DNA from: Laetmonice hystrix | Lineage: Eukaryota | DNA length: 60,000 nt | NCBI GenBank assembly: GCA_965235115.1 | Contig: OZ249436.1 | Coordinates: forward strand, 29,390,001 to 29,450,000 | Direction: 5' to 3' | Shown here: in pieces, positions 11,428 through 25,173 of the stretch | Numbering within the stretch: the first letter of the stretch is position 1 | Layout: every line of letters starts with the position of its first letter | Notes under the pieces: generated by a model | Seen by the model: the letters and a program-made list of their open reading frames with translations, nothing else | Database searches by the model: none | Told to the model about the DNA's origin: nothing | Program-made: the position numbers and the translations under genes

Positions 11428-11621
11428 CTGAAACACAAATCATTCTTGTGGTTGGCAGGAGGCAGTGAGAGCTCTTTCCAGAATAGGGACATTTCAAAAT
11501 ACACCTAAACTCGTACTCCTCTTCCACTGACCGCCAAAATCTGCCTAACACTGAAGTCATCATAAAGTCTGTCGATGGCAAAAAACTCACGTGAGAACCC
11601 AACCAGCAATGGCACTCAGCA

Positions 11622-11924
11622 TTAACCATTCCAATTTTCGCTCGTCCAGTGTCGAGTTTTAAGATGTCTTTGTAGGTTTTGCTTAAGGGAAAACGCAGCT
11701 GTGCAGTGTGAACATTTGAAATTCTTTTCTCCTGTATGTGTGATATTATGGCGTTTCAGCAGCCATGAATTCATGAAAGACGTCCCGCAGACCGTACAGG
11801 GGAAGGCCTTAGTTTTATTTTGGCGCTGCTGTTGGCTGATACCACCACCTGTGGTATACTGATTACTTGGAAACAGCAGGGCCTGGTTTTGTCTACTCTC
11901 TTCCCCTGAGCTCAGCAAGAAGGA
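11622..11924 (-). CDS. Variable terminal exon V29 (2 C2H2 fingers)
   Basis: Acceptor ttgttgcag|TCC; CTVC..HNITH-TGEKN-CSHC..LKQNLQRHLKTRH. Confidence 0.85.
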   Translation of the reverse strand, partial: SFLLSSGEESRQNQALLFPSNQYTTGGGISQQQRQNKTKAFPCTVCGTSFMNSWLLKRHNITHTGEKNFKCSHCTAAFSLKQNLQRHLKTRHWTSENWNG

Positions 11925-12757
11925 CTGCAACAAAACCAGACAACATAGATTCAATTTTCATGTATGCTGCAGCCTGGCCATGTAATGTTGGGGATCAAAA
12001 ATGAAATAGAAAACAACCAAGGGAATGTATATAGTGCTTACAGGCCTCATCTAAATAAGACATACAATTGGAAGGGACTAGTGACTGCGGTACCAACAAC
12101 ATAGATAAGATGTTCACCAGACTTGAAGATTTTGTTTTTATTAATCAAACACATTTATTTGGTTAGAGATCAGCCATTTACCAGTGGCAAATACATTCCG
12201 GGTTCTCAGAATGGAACGCTGGTTTGTGTCATGAATAAAGTACAGCAATGGGAGCTTCGTCAATGTTCTAAACAGTTTGTGTCAATCAGACCAAAGTCGT
12301 CGGTAGAGCTCTGCACACGTGATAAAACTAGAGTCCTATTGTTTTGCCCCGATTATCTGTCTGCAGGCAAGCAACCATCCACTTCTGTCTGGTCTCCTCG
12401 TTCAAACCATTTTCTTCATATACAGATATATAAACGTCTCGATTAATATTAACGTCTCGAGATTTGATATTTAAAATTAAAATTTCTGTAACGCAGGGGT
12501 TAAAATATTTACATTAAAAGAATACATTTTTGTTCCAGCAAGACTTTAGAAATCTGCCCAACATAATGAAAATAAAGACACTTCTTGTTTTTCTTGTTTG
12601 TCGTTCACTCTGAATGAAATATCTATCTATAGTCTAAATCGTTCATTAGTATATCTGGGTTTTTTTAAACACTTAATGCAAAGTCATCACCTATGAAATC
12701 CCATTTTCTGGTTCTAATGGTTCATGTTGTCTATTTACCAGTGAAAGAGCGTACTTA

Positions 12758-13138
12758 TTAATATCTCTCCACTTGTGAGTTAGAGACACTGTGTTGGGTT
12801 TTCATGTGCCTCTGCAGATTTTGTTTAAGGGTGAATGTTGCAGAACATTCATCACATTTATGGTTCCTTTCTCCAGTGTGAGTAATGAAGTGTCGCTTGA
12901 GCAGCCATCCTTCACTAAAGGACATGCTACACACTTCGCACTTGTGGGTTTTCTCTTTACCCATAACTGTATATCCCGATTGTCTGATCATACTTGAAGC
13001 TCTGCCACTGCCAGAGGCTGCCAACTCAGAGGACATTCTGAAGAGACTTGACTGACTATGTCTCAGTCTCACATACGGACTGCCTAGGTCCTTCCAGCCC
13101 AGACCTTCAGTGGCTCGGTCCCTGTGATATGCGATGGA
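12758..13138 (-). CDS. Variable terminal exon V28 (2 C2H2 fingers)
   Basis: Acceptor tgtgttgcag|TCC; CEVC..HFITH-TGERN-CDEC..LKQNLQRHMKTQH. Confidence 0.85.
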   Translation of the reverse strand, partial: SIAYHRDRATEGLGWKDLGSPYVRLRHSQSSLFRMSSELAASGSGRASSMIRQSGYTVMGKEKTHKCEVCSMSFSEGWLLKRHFITHTGERNHKCDECSATFTLKQNLQRHMKTQHSVSNSQVERY

Positions 13139-13303
13139 CTGCAACACATAAACAATATTTATTCTTCTTTGAGATCAGCCTCGCCTTTTATGCTTTACAT
13201 AGTGATCAGTGGTGTAAAACGTATTGGTCTTAGAAACGTCTGCTGACATCGTGAAAACTCAAAACGCACAAGCATAATATCAGAGCCACCAATTATGTCT
13301 GGC

Positions 13304-13678
13304 TCACGACTTCGAAGTTGCCTCCATGTCCATTCCAACATGCCGCCTCTTGATGTGCTGTTTCAAGCTGTGCTTTAATGAAAAAGAAGCTTGGCAATAG
13401 GGGCAGTTGTGACTTCGTTCACCCGTGTGGGTGAGGAAGTGACGCTTCAACAGCCATGCTTGTGGAAATGCTTTCCCACAAACCTGACAGTCAAAGGGCT
13501 TTTGCCCTGTGTGGGTCTGCATATGCACTCTGAGAGTTGATGTTGAAGCAAAGTCTTTCCCACAAAGAGTGCAGTATGGCTTGCCTGCCTGTTGTGACAC
13601 CGACATCTCTGAGGCGTCTGGTGTTGGCCCTTGGAACCATCTAGTGTCTGCAACAGGAGCTGTAGTGTCCCCTGAGGG
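13304..13678 (-). CDS. Variable terminal exon V27 (3 C2H2 fingers)
   Basis: Acceptor tgtttttcag|CCC; CTLC..HMQTH, CQVC..HFLTH, CPYC..HIKRRH. Confidence 0.85.
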   Translation of the reverse strand, partial: PSGDTTAPVADTRWFQGPTPDASEMSVSQQAGKPYCTLCGKDFASTSTLRVHMQTHTGQKPFDCQVCGKAFPQAWLLKRHFLTHTGERSHNCPYCQASFSLKHSLKQHIKRRHVGMDMEATSKS

Positions 13679-14821
13679 CTGAAAAACACAACGGCACATG
13701 GTCCACTTAACTTTGATGCCACTTCTTGCCAAATTTGGAAGGGAAATGACGAGGTGAGGCTGGGTTGTGTTGGCAGCAGGAGTGTGCCCTTCTCAGGTCC
13801 ATCAGTACAAAAATTAGACGATATATAATCCGATTATTATTTTAAAAGATGCTCGACATGAAATTCTGCTGTCAGATTTAAAGTTATCCTTACTCCACTT
13901 GAATGTTCACACTAAAATGAACACACACATAACAAAATCAGATACCGAACATTTCTTTTTCAAACATTTATGGTCACTGCAAGTCATATTTTCGAAAATA
14001 TGTCAAACTCAATTCATACCGGCGGTACTCGTATCTAATTGCATAACTCCCTCACTAAAGGATTCTTTGATTCCTGCAGGTTGCTGTAATACAGGTATTT
14101 TTTCCTGTCTGGCCATCATTCATCAATGTCCTATCCGATGAAAGTCACACGAAAGATGTCAAAATGAAAGGCGAAATTTTCCAGACTCTCTCCAGTAGAA
14201 AAAGACCATTTTGCCAATCCGACAACGTTTTGTAACGGCATAACGGTAAATTTATACCTACATAACATTTGCAGTGTCCTTTTAGTATTTTTATAATTTA
14301 AAAAAAAATCAATGGTTTACTTTTTTTTAATGAATGATGCAAGGGCCTTTACAGCCTTCCTATACCCGGCAATGCAACTATTTTAAAAACCTGCCTAATA
14401 ATTTCAATCTCATCCTCAGTGTCCTTCAGCAAGTTAGCAGTATTACATGGTACAATATCACATAACTGCCTTCCATCTTTCTATTTGCTGACCGTTCATT
14501 CCCTTTTAAGAAACATTAACCAGACCAACGAGAGTAAAATAATTCTATACTCGTTGACTAGATACAACTCAAATGTAAAACCCGATTCTGTACGACCTGT
14601 TCTATCTTGGTCCAATCACACGGCACTCCACATACATCTTGAAGTTCAATACGGATCGGTGAAGTTTTCATGAGAAGATAAGAGATTAAAAAGATAGAGC
14701 CAATATTGTTAAGGATGAACGCTGATATAAAATCCCTTCACATGCTCACTCCTCAGTCGATTAAATGCACCCATATCAAGTCACAAAGTGCTGCCACCAT
14801 GCTTTGGCTGAACGGCTTGCC

Positions 14822-15160
14822 TCAGTGCCACTTCAGGATGTGCTGTCTTAAGTTCTCTGAACGGGTAAACGATGAAGGACACATTAGGCAATATTGACGT
14901 TCGCCTGTATGGCTTCGAGCATGTCTTTTCAGCTTTGATTTCTGTTTAAAACATGCTCCACATGTGTTGCACTCAAAAGGCCGAGTTGGGTCCCTGTGTC
15001 TGACCCAGTCCCCAGTTTCTCCTAAGTTCTCAGGCTGTTGTCGCGCAGTGTCGGGTCTTTGGGTACTGCTTGAATCTTCCCCTTCTGGGGAACACCATGA
15101 AGGCCCTGAGGTTTCCCGTGGTCTTCCCCAGGAAGGTCCAGCAACAGAGGACCTCCCTGC
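14822..15160 (-). CDS. Variable terminal exon V26 (2 C2H2 fingers)
   Basis: Acceptor gtttttgcag|GCA; CNTC..HARSH-TGERQ-CLMC..RSENLRQHILKWH. Confidence 0.85.
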   Translation of the reverse strand, partial: AGRSSVAGPSWGRPRETSGPSWCSPEGEDSSSTQRPDTARQQPENLGETGDWVRHRDPTRPFECNTCGACFKQKSKLKRHARSHTGERQYCLMCPSSFTRSENLRQHILKWH

Positions 15161-15355
15161 CTGCAAAAACAATACATAAGTCACTTTCTGCATAATCCCT
15201 CTTTTTACAGCTGACCTAGGCTCTACTAAAATGTCCATGCAAGCCTTTGATTTCAGGGTCCCACTTTAGAAAACACCGGGACGACACTTTGACACTCAGC
15301 CACAAAACTGGAGCTCCCCGTTCTTCACCCTCCGTCATCATGTTTGCACTTTGTT

Positions 15356-15625
15356 TCAGCTTTGATTAACATCTTCTTTCTGGTGGATCATCTTATAATG
15401 ACGCCTGAGCTTAGACTTTTCCTTGAAGGATTTATCACACATATCACATTCAAATGGTCTCTCTCCTGTGTGCACCCGGCTGTGAGCTTCTAAGATAGAT
15501 GGGCTACTAAGTCTCTTGCCACAAACGTTGCAAATATACCTCCAATCCAGTCTCTCTGTCTGGCGTTGGCGCTCTGAGTAACTGACACTTACATCAGCAG
15601 AAAGATAAGAACACGAATAGCCCAC
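15356..15625 (-). CDS. Variable terminal exon V25 (2 C2H2 fingers)
   Basis: Acceptor tttgtttcag|[34 protein letters not shown]. Confidence 0.85.
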   Translation of the reverse strand: MGYSCSYLSADVSVSYSERQRQTERLDWRYICNVCGKRLSSPSILEAHSRVHTGERPFECDMCDKSFKEKSKLRRHYKMIHQKEDVNQS

Positions 15626-16459
15626 CTGAAACAAAAAGAACTTCTTACAGTGAAAGTCCATTCGTCAGGAGAGTTCTGTTCTTTTACGTCACAGATTCCA
15701 GAACGCAAGTGTCCTGAAAAGTCCTGGGATTCACGTCATGTGGCAATTATCTTGTAGTCTACTCAAATTCAGCCCGGTCGTGTGTGACCAAAGCAAACCA
15801 AGTCGCACACAATCAAAATCATGATCCTTCCAAGAAATGAACATAGTTACACGTACCATCAGTTGGTGGCTTACCTATAGGACTAAGCAGTACTTTGGGA
15901 CAATTTTCAAGCCCTATCCCTCAATTTTGTGAATATTTCCCTCTCTTCTAACTGTACCTGGTAAATACATGTACATTTATCTTCTCGGCTCACATACATA
16001 TTACCTGAAATTTCAGAATAATCCACTAAATAATAGCTCTAAGAATGGTTCATTCCGATTTCTGCAACAGTCACTCCATATTAGGGAAAACCGAACCAGA
16101 AACACAAAATAGACATTAGCTTTTGGAAATTGTTTTATTTATGAAACCACCACTGTACTCTTTTTCTTCGACGATCTGATCAGATCAGGACAGAACTCTA
16201 TCCGCATACATGTATTTTCTTGATCGTGAAGTTCAAGACAGAAATTGTCATTTCAATCTCTGGCCATGATGCATTTATATTATAATGGAGATCCTCATCC
16301 ATGGGCATAACCGTACCGAAAACCTCAATAAGATGAGATCTGAGGCTCAAGTCAAGGAATTGTCACGACGTCACCATGAAACCGATACAAGCTGTTCCTT
16401 CTATTGATTCTTCACAAGTTATCCGTTTTTACAGGAGTCACTTTGTCTTATGATCATAC

Positions 16460-16750
16460 TCAGCTTTTAACATGCATGGTCCGTTGATGTGACGTACAGT
16501 GCGACTTTTGTTTAAATGCTGTTCCACAGATCTCACATTTAAACGGTCTCTCTCCTGTATGGACCCTCATGTGGTCATTATGATGCCTGGCCTTTAAACT
16601 GATCTTGCCACAAAATGTACACTCGAATATCTTTCTACGATATCCTTTTGATAAAGGAGAAATTCCTATTCGATTGCTGAAAACTCTTCCAGGTAGTCCT
16701 ACAGGTGCCATGAAATTCCCAGACCCGATGTGATCTGCATTTGGGAAGTT
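16460..16750 (-). CDS. Variable terminal exon V24 (2 C2H2 fingers)
   Basis: Acceptor ctgcttccag|[34 protein letters not shown]. Confidence 0.85.
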   Translation of the reverse strand, partial: NFPNADHIGSGNFMAPVGLPGRVFSNRIGISPLSKGYRRKIFECTFCGKISLKARHHNDHMRVHTGERPFKCEICGTAFKQKSHCTSHQRTMHVKS

Positions 16751-17047
16751 CTGGAAGCAGAAGAAAGTCTTTCTGTCAAAAGGATTTCCGATAATGGCTT
16801 TTAGGTAACACACCTAAATTTGTCTCTTCAAGCGGGTAATTCGACTGTTCCTGAACTGAAAAATATCAGTGGAAGCCTTTCACTTCAAGCTACGGAAAAA
16901 AGTCTTGACCCTAAATCAATTTTACAATATTGCAATAGCATGGCCTAATAACGACATGCCTTTTTTCATCCACTATGTTTGCTCATCATGTAACCTTCCA
17001 AAAGATCCAATGTTTAGCAAGCACAGCATTTGCCACACAGGCCTCTA

Positions 17048-17347
17048 CTACTTCATGGAAACATCCATTCTTCGATGCCTGTCCCTGTCATGCCTATACA
17101 ATTTGGACCTCTCTTTAAACCGTGCACCACATATACCGCACTCAAATGGCCGTTCTCCTGTATGTGTTCTCATGTGCACAGCCAGGTTGGATGGGTAGGG
17201 AAAAACCTTGCCACATATATAACACTCATTTTTACGAAGGGGTCTCTCAGTGTGTAGACTTAATTCCTTGTCGGTAATCTTGCCAGTGTCTTCATAATGT
17301 TCCCGGGTACCACTCACTCCAGCATGCCCCACCCTGATATAGTCCAC
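17048..17347 (-). CDS. Variable terminal exon V23 (2 C2H2 fingers)
   Basis: Acceptor tatgttccag|[34 protein letters not shown]. Confidence 0.85.
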   Translation of the reverse strand: MDYIRVGHAGVSGTREHYEDTGKITDKELSLHTERPLRKNECYICGKVFPYPSNLAVHMRTHTGERPFECGICGARFKERSKLYRHDRDRHRRMDVSMK

Positions 17348-17828
17348 CTGGAACATAGGCAAGGGTACACTTGTATTGGACTGGTCTCGCTGTCTGGTCC
17401 GTTCGTCTTTCTCCCGCCGTTTACTTCTGGGTCAGGAAAAGTTTTCTACCAGAAAGAAGGCCACAGCACTGAGCAGGTGAGGATAGACGGATTGCAAAAT
17501 CGACAGATATCAGAAAGCGAGTGTGGCATTTGAGACCTACCTCAATACTATATGTGTATTAATCCAAGAAATGTGAGGCACACCTTTTCTCTTTATGTAA
17601 TTTTATTATTATAAAGGTTTACAATTGTGTACAATTTTATAAACTCCCCATACGTAGGGTAGCAACTTCGCAAACTTTTAATCACAGTATATGCCATTAG
17701 GGGGAAAACTCTTATTTGTAACGTATTTATAATGTCTCATTTCCAAAATATATTTTTTTAAAAACTAAAGGAACCTTTCAAACAAATTAACAGCGTCCAA
17801 CATAGTCATCAATGGATAATCAGCGCAA

Positions 17829-18110
17829 TTACAAAAATTGTCCATCAGCAAAAGTTCTGTCAGAATGTTTGAGTCTCCTATGTCTATTGAGGATGCTGCT
17901 CTGACTAAAGGCAACGCCACAGTCGCTGCACCGGTAAGGTCGTTCTCCAGTGTGTGTCCGGTTGTGCTTCACAAGATCTGCACTACTGATGAAACTCTTC
18001 CCACACAGAGCGCAACTGTGAGGGCGGTTCGATACTCCCACAACACTGAGCCTGTAATCCTCTGTCAAATGCTCACCAATCTTCAGTCGCCTTTGCTCCG
18101 GCCTGTAGGC
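17829..18110 (-). CDS. Variable terminal exon V22 (2 C2H2 fingers)
   Basis: Acceptor tgttttccag|[34 protein letters not shown]. Confidence 0.85.
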   Translation of the reverse strand, partial: AYRPEQRRLKIGEHLTEDYRLSVVGVSNRPHSCALCGKSFISSADLVKHNRTHTGERPYRCSDCGVAFSQSSILNRHRRLKHSDRTFADGQFL

Positions 18111-18169
18111 CTGGAAAACACAACAGGCGTTTGTCAATCTTTTGTTTCTCTCTAAAATCTTTTAAAATG

Positions 18170-18457
18170 TTAGGAGGGCTTAGCCCGGCCAGTACTTTCG
18201 CCGTGTATCTGGCGGAGGTGTCGGTTAAGTGTGCTCTTCTGTTGGAAGCTATATCCACACAGAGCACATTGGAAAGGACGCTCACCAGTGTGGCAACGTA
18301 TGTGTCTTGCAAGCTGAGACGGAACACCGAAGTCCTTTCCACAAAAGCTGCAGATACTTTGACGCTTTGCATCAAAGACATTTGGAATATCATCCCTGTT
18401 CCTGACCTGACCATCAACAATCCACTGGTACTGTTGTACCAGCCTTGTACGTGTGGC
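18170..18457 (-). CDS. Variable terminal exon V21 (2 C2H2 fingers)
   Basis: Acceptor tgtgttccag|[34 protein letters not shown]. Confidence 0.85.
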   Translation of the reverse strand, partial: ATRTRLVQQYQWIVDGQVRNRDDIPNVFDAKRQSICSFCGKDFGVPSQLARHIRCHTGERPFQCALCGYSFQQKSTLNRHLRQIHGESTGRAKPS

Positions 18458-18579
18458 CTGGAACACACAATAACCACTTATTAGTTGGGGAGATTACCTA
18501 GTCTTCATCCATCGCTTCTCCCACTAACTATCTCCAAGCTCCATCTTTTGAAAGTCTTTCACCTATTATAGTACCTGAG

Positions 18580-19339
<760 letters not shown>

Positions 19340-20189
19340 CTGGAAGACACAATATGCCAGTCATTTAGCCAGAAATCACTTCTGGCTCTTTCTTGCCATC
19401 TTGATGAATTCGAAAATCTTGCCGACTGTCAAATCAACCGTTGTGGAGAAACACAGAGTGCAAATATCTGGCTGCACATTCACTTACTGCCGATTTCAAC
19501 TCTGTCTTCATATCCTCTTTTAACTATAACTAAAAATGGACGCACACACGATTTCAGGTCCAAGATGCATTATAATTTTAATCAAATTTACTCGCACTGA
19601 CAAACACTGAACGAATGTACTGAACGACAATGCCGCGTTATTATGGTAACGCACTGGCTGAAAATATAGCTCAAATATTTATTTGAAAAGAACAGTCACA
19701 TTTGATAAGCCAAGTTATTATCGGTAACTGAACGGAATAGACTACTCAGAAAACAACATTCCTGTTCTCAACCAAAACACTTGGTCCTATGCGTTTTCAT
19801 TGCCTTTCACTATATTACGGACAGCACCCAGCAAATGTGGTGTGAACATAAATCCTAAACATCTAGCCCCTAGTTTTGGAATCCAAAAAATGCCTCATTC
19901 AATCGTTACAATCGTGTCTTAGTTTGTCCTTAATAAGATTCCTTAAACGATCACCGTCAGATTTTGAATTCTAAATCAGACACTTTTGGAAGCAGCCTGT
20001 TCTTGCCATGACTAAGACTAAAGTAACTTTATTACCCGTTCCTTCCCTCCCTACCGTCATTCACCACATGAATAAACAATACTAAGGTTGATATGTGTAT
20101 TAAATGTTTTATTTTACAATTCATATCAGAAATATTCACCGTGGATATATTTTGTTTAACTGATCTGGGAACTCTACGTTCTAAAAGAA

Positions 20190-20426
20190 CTATGGAAATA
20201 CTCCATGTACATTTTTTTCATGACTCCTTGCATGTGCCATTTGTTTGAACGCTGCACCGCACTGAACACACTTATACGGCCTCTCACCGGTGTGCGTGCG
20301 AGTATGTCGCAAAAGATGATCGGGTGTTCGGAATCGTTTCGGACATATTAGGCAGTGATGTTTGTAGATGTGGTTATAATTAGACATCTGATGCAGGTGA
20401 AAGCCACCGAGTCCTGTTGGTGCTGT
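20190..20426 (-). CDS. Variable terminal exon V18 (2 C2H2 fingers; TAPT subfamily)
   Basis: Acceptor tgtgttgcag|[34 protein letters not shown]. Confidence 0.85.
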   Translation of the reverse strand, partial: TAPTGLGGFHLHQMSNYNHIYKHHCLICPKRFRTPDHLLRHTRTHTGERPYKCVQCGAAFKQMAHARSHEKNVHGVFP

Positions 20427-20797
20427 CTGCAACACACAACAGTGAAGATCTTTATCAGCTCAGCTCTCCTCAGAAAAAGTTTCAGTCATCTGACTTGGCA
20501 GGAGAACTGCAGCAGGTTTCTCAACCAAGTTTGTCAGTTTTCTCTTTCAATGACAAATGCAGATGTATATTTTGACCACCATTCTTTGTAATACAGTACT
20601 GTAACTCAGTACGAAGTTATTCCTTACAGTACTGGTGTTCACCACTGGTATTCACGACAATTATTCAAACCTATATACCACTTACCAACTCAAATATTTC
20701 TGTTAAGGCTATAGTAATGTATGCCCACATGTAGAGCTACTAATTCTGACTTAGCGTTTTTCCAACCGTGAATGAGACATGCCTTTTGTGCTGTCTA

Positions 20798-21034
20798 TCA
20801 TGTACCTGTGCCATGGACAGTATTATCATGACTTCTGACATGTGCCTTCTGCTTGAATGATGCCCCACACTTTGCACAAATAAAAGGTCTTTCACCGGTG
20901 TGAGTGCGTACATGTCGCACTAAGTGGGCGGGTGTTCGAAAACGTTTCAAGCATATCTGGCACTCGTGTTTGAAGGGTGTCCTAAACTCAGACATCTGAT
21001 GAAGTTGAAAGCCACCGATTCGTGTTGGTGCTTT
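20798..21034 (-). CDS. Variable terminal exon V17 (2 C2H2 fingers; TAPT subfamily)
   Basis: Acceptor tgtgttgcag|[34 protein letters not shown]. Confidence 0.85.
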   Translation of the reverse strand, partial: KAPTRIGGFQLHQMSEFRTPFKHECQICLKRFRTPAHLVRHVRTHTGERPFICAKCGASFKQKAHVRSHDNTVHGTGT

Positions 21035-21611
21035 CTGCAACACACAACAGTGAAGACCTCTTATGACCTCATCTCGGCTGACATATTTATATAGATTACT
21101 CTTCCTGGTCCAAGGCTTTATTTCTGTTCTTCTAACTTTAAGATATATACATTGTGGCATGTAGTCACATGATTGCACTGAACCTTCTTATCATCTTGAG
21201 AGCAACTGTTGAGATCAAATCAACTCTAAATCTCGAACAGCCATGTCCATGGAAGGGATTGGTCAAATACTGTCAATATTTAAACCTTTCAAGTATGGAG
21301 ACTTTTACCAGCCCAGCTCTCATCAGAAAAAGTTTTTGTCATCTGACTTGGGAAGGTCTCTTATCCATGTTTGTCAGTTTTCTCTTTCACTGACATAAAT
21401 GCAGACGTATATTTTGACCACCATTCTTTGTAATATAGTAGTTGAGTATGAAGTGGTACGCCTTATACAATAACCGCACTCAAACGGATGTGTTACCAGT
21501 CTTCACCAATATTGGCAATTATTCAAACATATAAACCAACTAAACTATTCATTTCTTTACACACGTTAAGGTACTAATTCTGACTTTGGAGTGTTTGTAT
21601 TTTTGTGAAAT

Positions 21612-21777
21612 AGACATGCCTTTCATGCTGTCTGCTGTGCTGGATAGTACTACCAATCATGACTTCTGACGTGCAATTTGCTTGAATGATGGCCAATGAG
21701 GTGGGTGCTTGTTAGAAAATGTTTCAGGCATATCTGGTACTCGTGCTGTAAGGCTGGCCGAAACTCAAGGCATCTGA
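21612..21777 (-). pseudogene. Decayed pseudo-exon copy of V17
   Basis: Patches match 20774-20999 (agacatgcctt, catgacttctgac, gcttgaatgatg, gcatatctgg.actcgtg, aaactca..catctga), with an internal deletion and no acceptor. Confidence 0.7.
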
Positions 21778-21892
21778 GCAATTGTTGACATCATGTCCAG
21801 TTTAAATCTGGGATAACCATGGCCATGGAAGGGAATGGCAAAATCATGTCAACACATACACCATCCGAGAAGTAAACCAACAGACTTCACTT

Positions 21893-22129
21893 TTAAGTAC
21901 CTGTAGTGTGAACCTTAATTTCATGTCTCCTGACATGTGCCATTTGCTTGAATGATGCCCCACACTTGGAACAACTAAAAGGTCTTTCACCAGTGTGACT
22001 CCGAGTATGGCGCAAAAGATGGTTGGGCGATCGAAAACGTTTCAAGCAGAACTGGCATGTGTGCTTCAAGGGTGGCCTAAACTCGGACATCTGATCGAGT
22101 TGAAAGCCACAGACTTCTGTTGGTGCTGT
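21893..22129 (-). CDS. Variable terminal exon V16 (2 C2H2 fingers; TAPT subfamily)
   Basis: Acceptor tgtgttgcag|ACA; CQFC..HTRSH-TGERP-CSKC..QMAHVRRHEIKVH. Confidence 0.85.
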   Translation of the reverse strand, partial: TAPTEVCGFQLDQMSEFRPPLKHTCQFCLKRFRSPNHLLRHTRSHTGERPFSCSKCGASFKQMAHVRRHEIKVHTTGT

Positions 22130-22433
22130 CTGCAACACACAACAGTGAAGACCTCTTATGAACTCATCTCTCCAGACAAATTGATTATCATTTACTTAAT
22201 ATGGTTTGTGGTTTCATTTGTCCGTAAAGCACTTTAAACATAATGAAATGTACCCGTGACTCCACTGAATTCTACTGTGTTAGAAATGACATAAATATTG
22301 CTCTTAGAAGAGATATCATTGAGATCAAGCACTTTCTTCATCCGGAGTAGCTGTGGCCATAAAGGGGAAGGCAAAATCCTGCCAATATTTTAGTCCCATT
22401 CAAAGAGCACACTACCTCATTTCAATGGGCCTT

Positions 22434-22670
22434 TCATGTTCCTGCAGTATGGAAACTACTTTCATGTCTCCTGACATGTGCCATTTGCTTGAATGATGCA
22501 CCACACTTGGAACAACTAAACGGTCTTTCACCAGTGTGACTGTGAGTATGGCGCAAAAGATGGGCGGGTGTTCGAAAACGTTTCAAGCATATTTGGCATG
22601 TGTGCTTCAAGGGTGGCCTAAATTCAGACATCTGATGGAGTTGAAAGCCACTGACTCGTGTTGGTGCTGT
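22434..22670 (-). CDS. Variable terminal exon V15 (2 C2H2 fingers; TAPT subfamily)
   Basis: Acceptor tgtgttgcag|ACA; CQIC..HTHSH-TGERP-CSKC..QMAHVRRHESSFH. Confidence 0.85.
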   Translation of the reverse strand, partial: TAPTRVSGFQLHQMSEFRPPLKHTCQICLKRFRTPAHLLRHTHSHTGERPFSCSKCGASFKQMAHVRRHESSFHTAGT

Positions 22671-22807
22671 CTGCAACACACAACAGTGAAGACCTTTATC
22701 AGTTCGGCTCTGAAAGGACCTTTCAAACTCTACATGAAGAAGACAAAACAATTGATCCCTTTCACCTGATGTAGTAGTATGATGAACAGTCAGCAGGATG
22801 TGATGAT

Positions 22808-23053
22808 TTACTCGAGACTGCCGTTATTGTACCTATGTACACTTTTTTCATGATACTTAACATGTACCAACTGTTTAAATGTCGCACCACACTGGGCACA
22901 AGAAAATGGCCTCTCACCAGTATGAGTGCGACTATGTCTCAATAGGTGTGAGGGTGACTGAAAAATTTTCAAACAAATCCCACAGGGGTGCTTCATGGTC
23001 GACTTAAAATGAGACACCTCATGTTGAACGCCACGGAATCTTGTTGGTGCTGT
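22808..23053 (-). CDS. Variable terminal exon V14 (2 C2H2 fingers; TAPT subfamily)
   Basis: Acceptor tgtgttgcag|[34 protein letters not shown]. Confidence 0.85.
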   Translation of the reverse strand, partial: TAPTRFRGVQHEVSHFKSTMKHPCGICLKIFQSPSHLLRHSRTHTGERPFSCAQCGATFKQLVHVKYHEKSVHRYNNGSLE

Positions 23054-23141
23054 CTGCAACACACAATGATGAAGAGCACTTAGCGCTATTTTACCTGTAT
23101 ATTTGGCTGAAGGATTGGTTGCTATTTTACTTCCAACATCT

Positions 23142-23408
23142 TCAGGATTTGGTGCCAGTATGCAAAGTTTGCTGATGCCTCTTAAGGTTGTTTAACTGAG
23201 TAAATGCCTGCCCGCAGAAAGTACATTTAAAAGGCTTTTCTCCTGTGTGAGTCCTGGTATGTCTAGCAAGTAGGCATGGAGACTGAAATGCTTTGCCGCA
23301 GGTTGTACAAAGATGTTTTTTAAGAGGACGCGCTACAGAGATATTAGAGCCTACAGGATCAAGTTTCCAGGGCTGACTGCTGGGGTATCCTTGAATAATT
23401 AGTCCACT
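23142..23408 (-). CDS. Variable terminal exon V13 (2 C2H2 fingers)
   Basis: Acceptor tgtgttgcag|[34 protein letters not shown]. Confidence 0.85.
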   Translation of the reverse strand, partial: SGLIIQGYPSSQPWKLDPVGSNISVARPLKKHLCTTCGKAFQSPCLLARHTRTHTGEKPFKCTFCGQAFTQLNNLKRHQQTLHTGTKS

Positions 23409-23749
23409 CTGCAACACACAACAATAAGAACTAGTTGGTACCATCACATCACACTTTAATTTTTTAAACGGCCTCAAACAGCTAAAAGACCTCTCATTGT
23501 ACATGATAGATGAAGTGGAATCCACTGAATATAATCACTGTTACAGTAATCAGTTTTATGGTAGGGGTGGAATCACCCTCATCCAGGTGTATACAAGATC
23601 GTCTGTCAAGTGTCAAAGAGTACCTAGCCTTGCTGACACAATCACCAGTTCGGCTATGTTGGCTGAAAAAGTCATGGCCAAGGTCATGCAAATCCTGTCA
23701 TCTTTGCCCTAGTGGGGCAACGCTGGATCATACAGACAGATACACCAGC

Positions 23750-24010
23750 TCATTTTCCCTCATGCTTATTGCGCTCATGTCTAAGTAGATGACCAGATTG
23801 TCTAAATGCTCTGTCACAGTGGGAGCACTGATATGGCCTCTCTCCCGTATGTGTTCGCAAGTGGCGCAAACAAGACCATTGTGATTGGAAGTATTTGCCG
23901 CATATTTCACACTGGTGTTTTGGTGTTGGTATTTTACGTGCTTGCTCCAGAGTTGCATCTGAATTCCAAAACTGGGGGCTCTGGAATCCATCCTTTGGGT
24001 ATGGGCCAGT
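23750..24010 (-). CDS. Variable terminal exon V12 (2 C2H2 fingers; PTPK subfamily)
   Basis: Acceptor gtttttgcag|[34 protein letters not shown]. Confidence 0.85.
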   Translation of the reverse strand, partial: TGPYPKDGFQSPQFWNSDATLEQARKIPTPKHQCEICGKYFQSQWSCLRHLRTHTGERPYQCSHCDRAFRQSGHLLRHERNKHEGK

Positions 24011-24313
24011 CTGCAAAAACCAACAACAGAGCATTCAATCTTGCCGCTACAGTTGTGTGTACATTTATTGGTAGGATGGATGTTTCACGTTTTCCAGTGG
24101 ATTGAAGTCCCGAGAAAATGACAAGGAACCACATTTTTTGTTCACCAGGAACCAGTCCTGAATTTTTGTCTCCTTGAAATATATTTCCCTTTATTACGAG
24201 TCCTCTTATTTCACCACGCTTTGGAGTCCTGCACAAATTCACACTTTTTGACAGATGTGTCATGAGAAGTAAGCAGATCCCATACAATACTGGCCCATGA
24301 GAACATAGCACTA

Positions 24314-24592
<279 letters not shown>

Positions 24593-24891
24593 TCAGAGCA
24601 TTCAATCTTGCCGCTATAGTTGTATGCAAATTTATTGGTAGGAGGGCTGCCTCACATTTTCCAGTGAACTGAAGTCTGTCGGTAACAAGTTTGTCTGGAT
24701 CACCCTAATCACCAGGAAATAGGAAGGAAGTTGCAAACCAGTCCTCTATGAGTAGTTTTATCTGCTTGATAGAAGTTTCCTCTATTTCGAGCAATCTTAC
24801 ATTGCTTAATGGTCCTGCAAAAATAGGTACTTTCTGAAAGGCAGTGGGCAGACCCCAAATACGTTGCCTCCTCAGAACCGAGCTCTACCAA

Positions 24892-25173
<282 letters not shown>

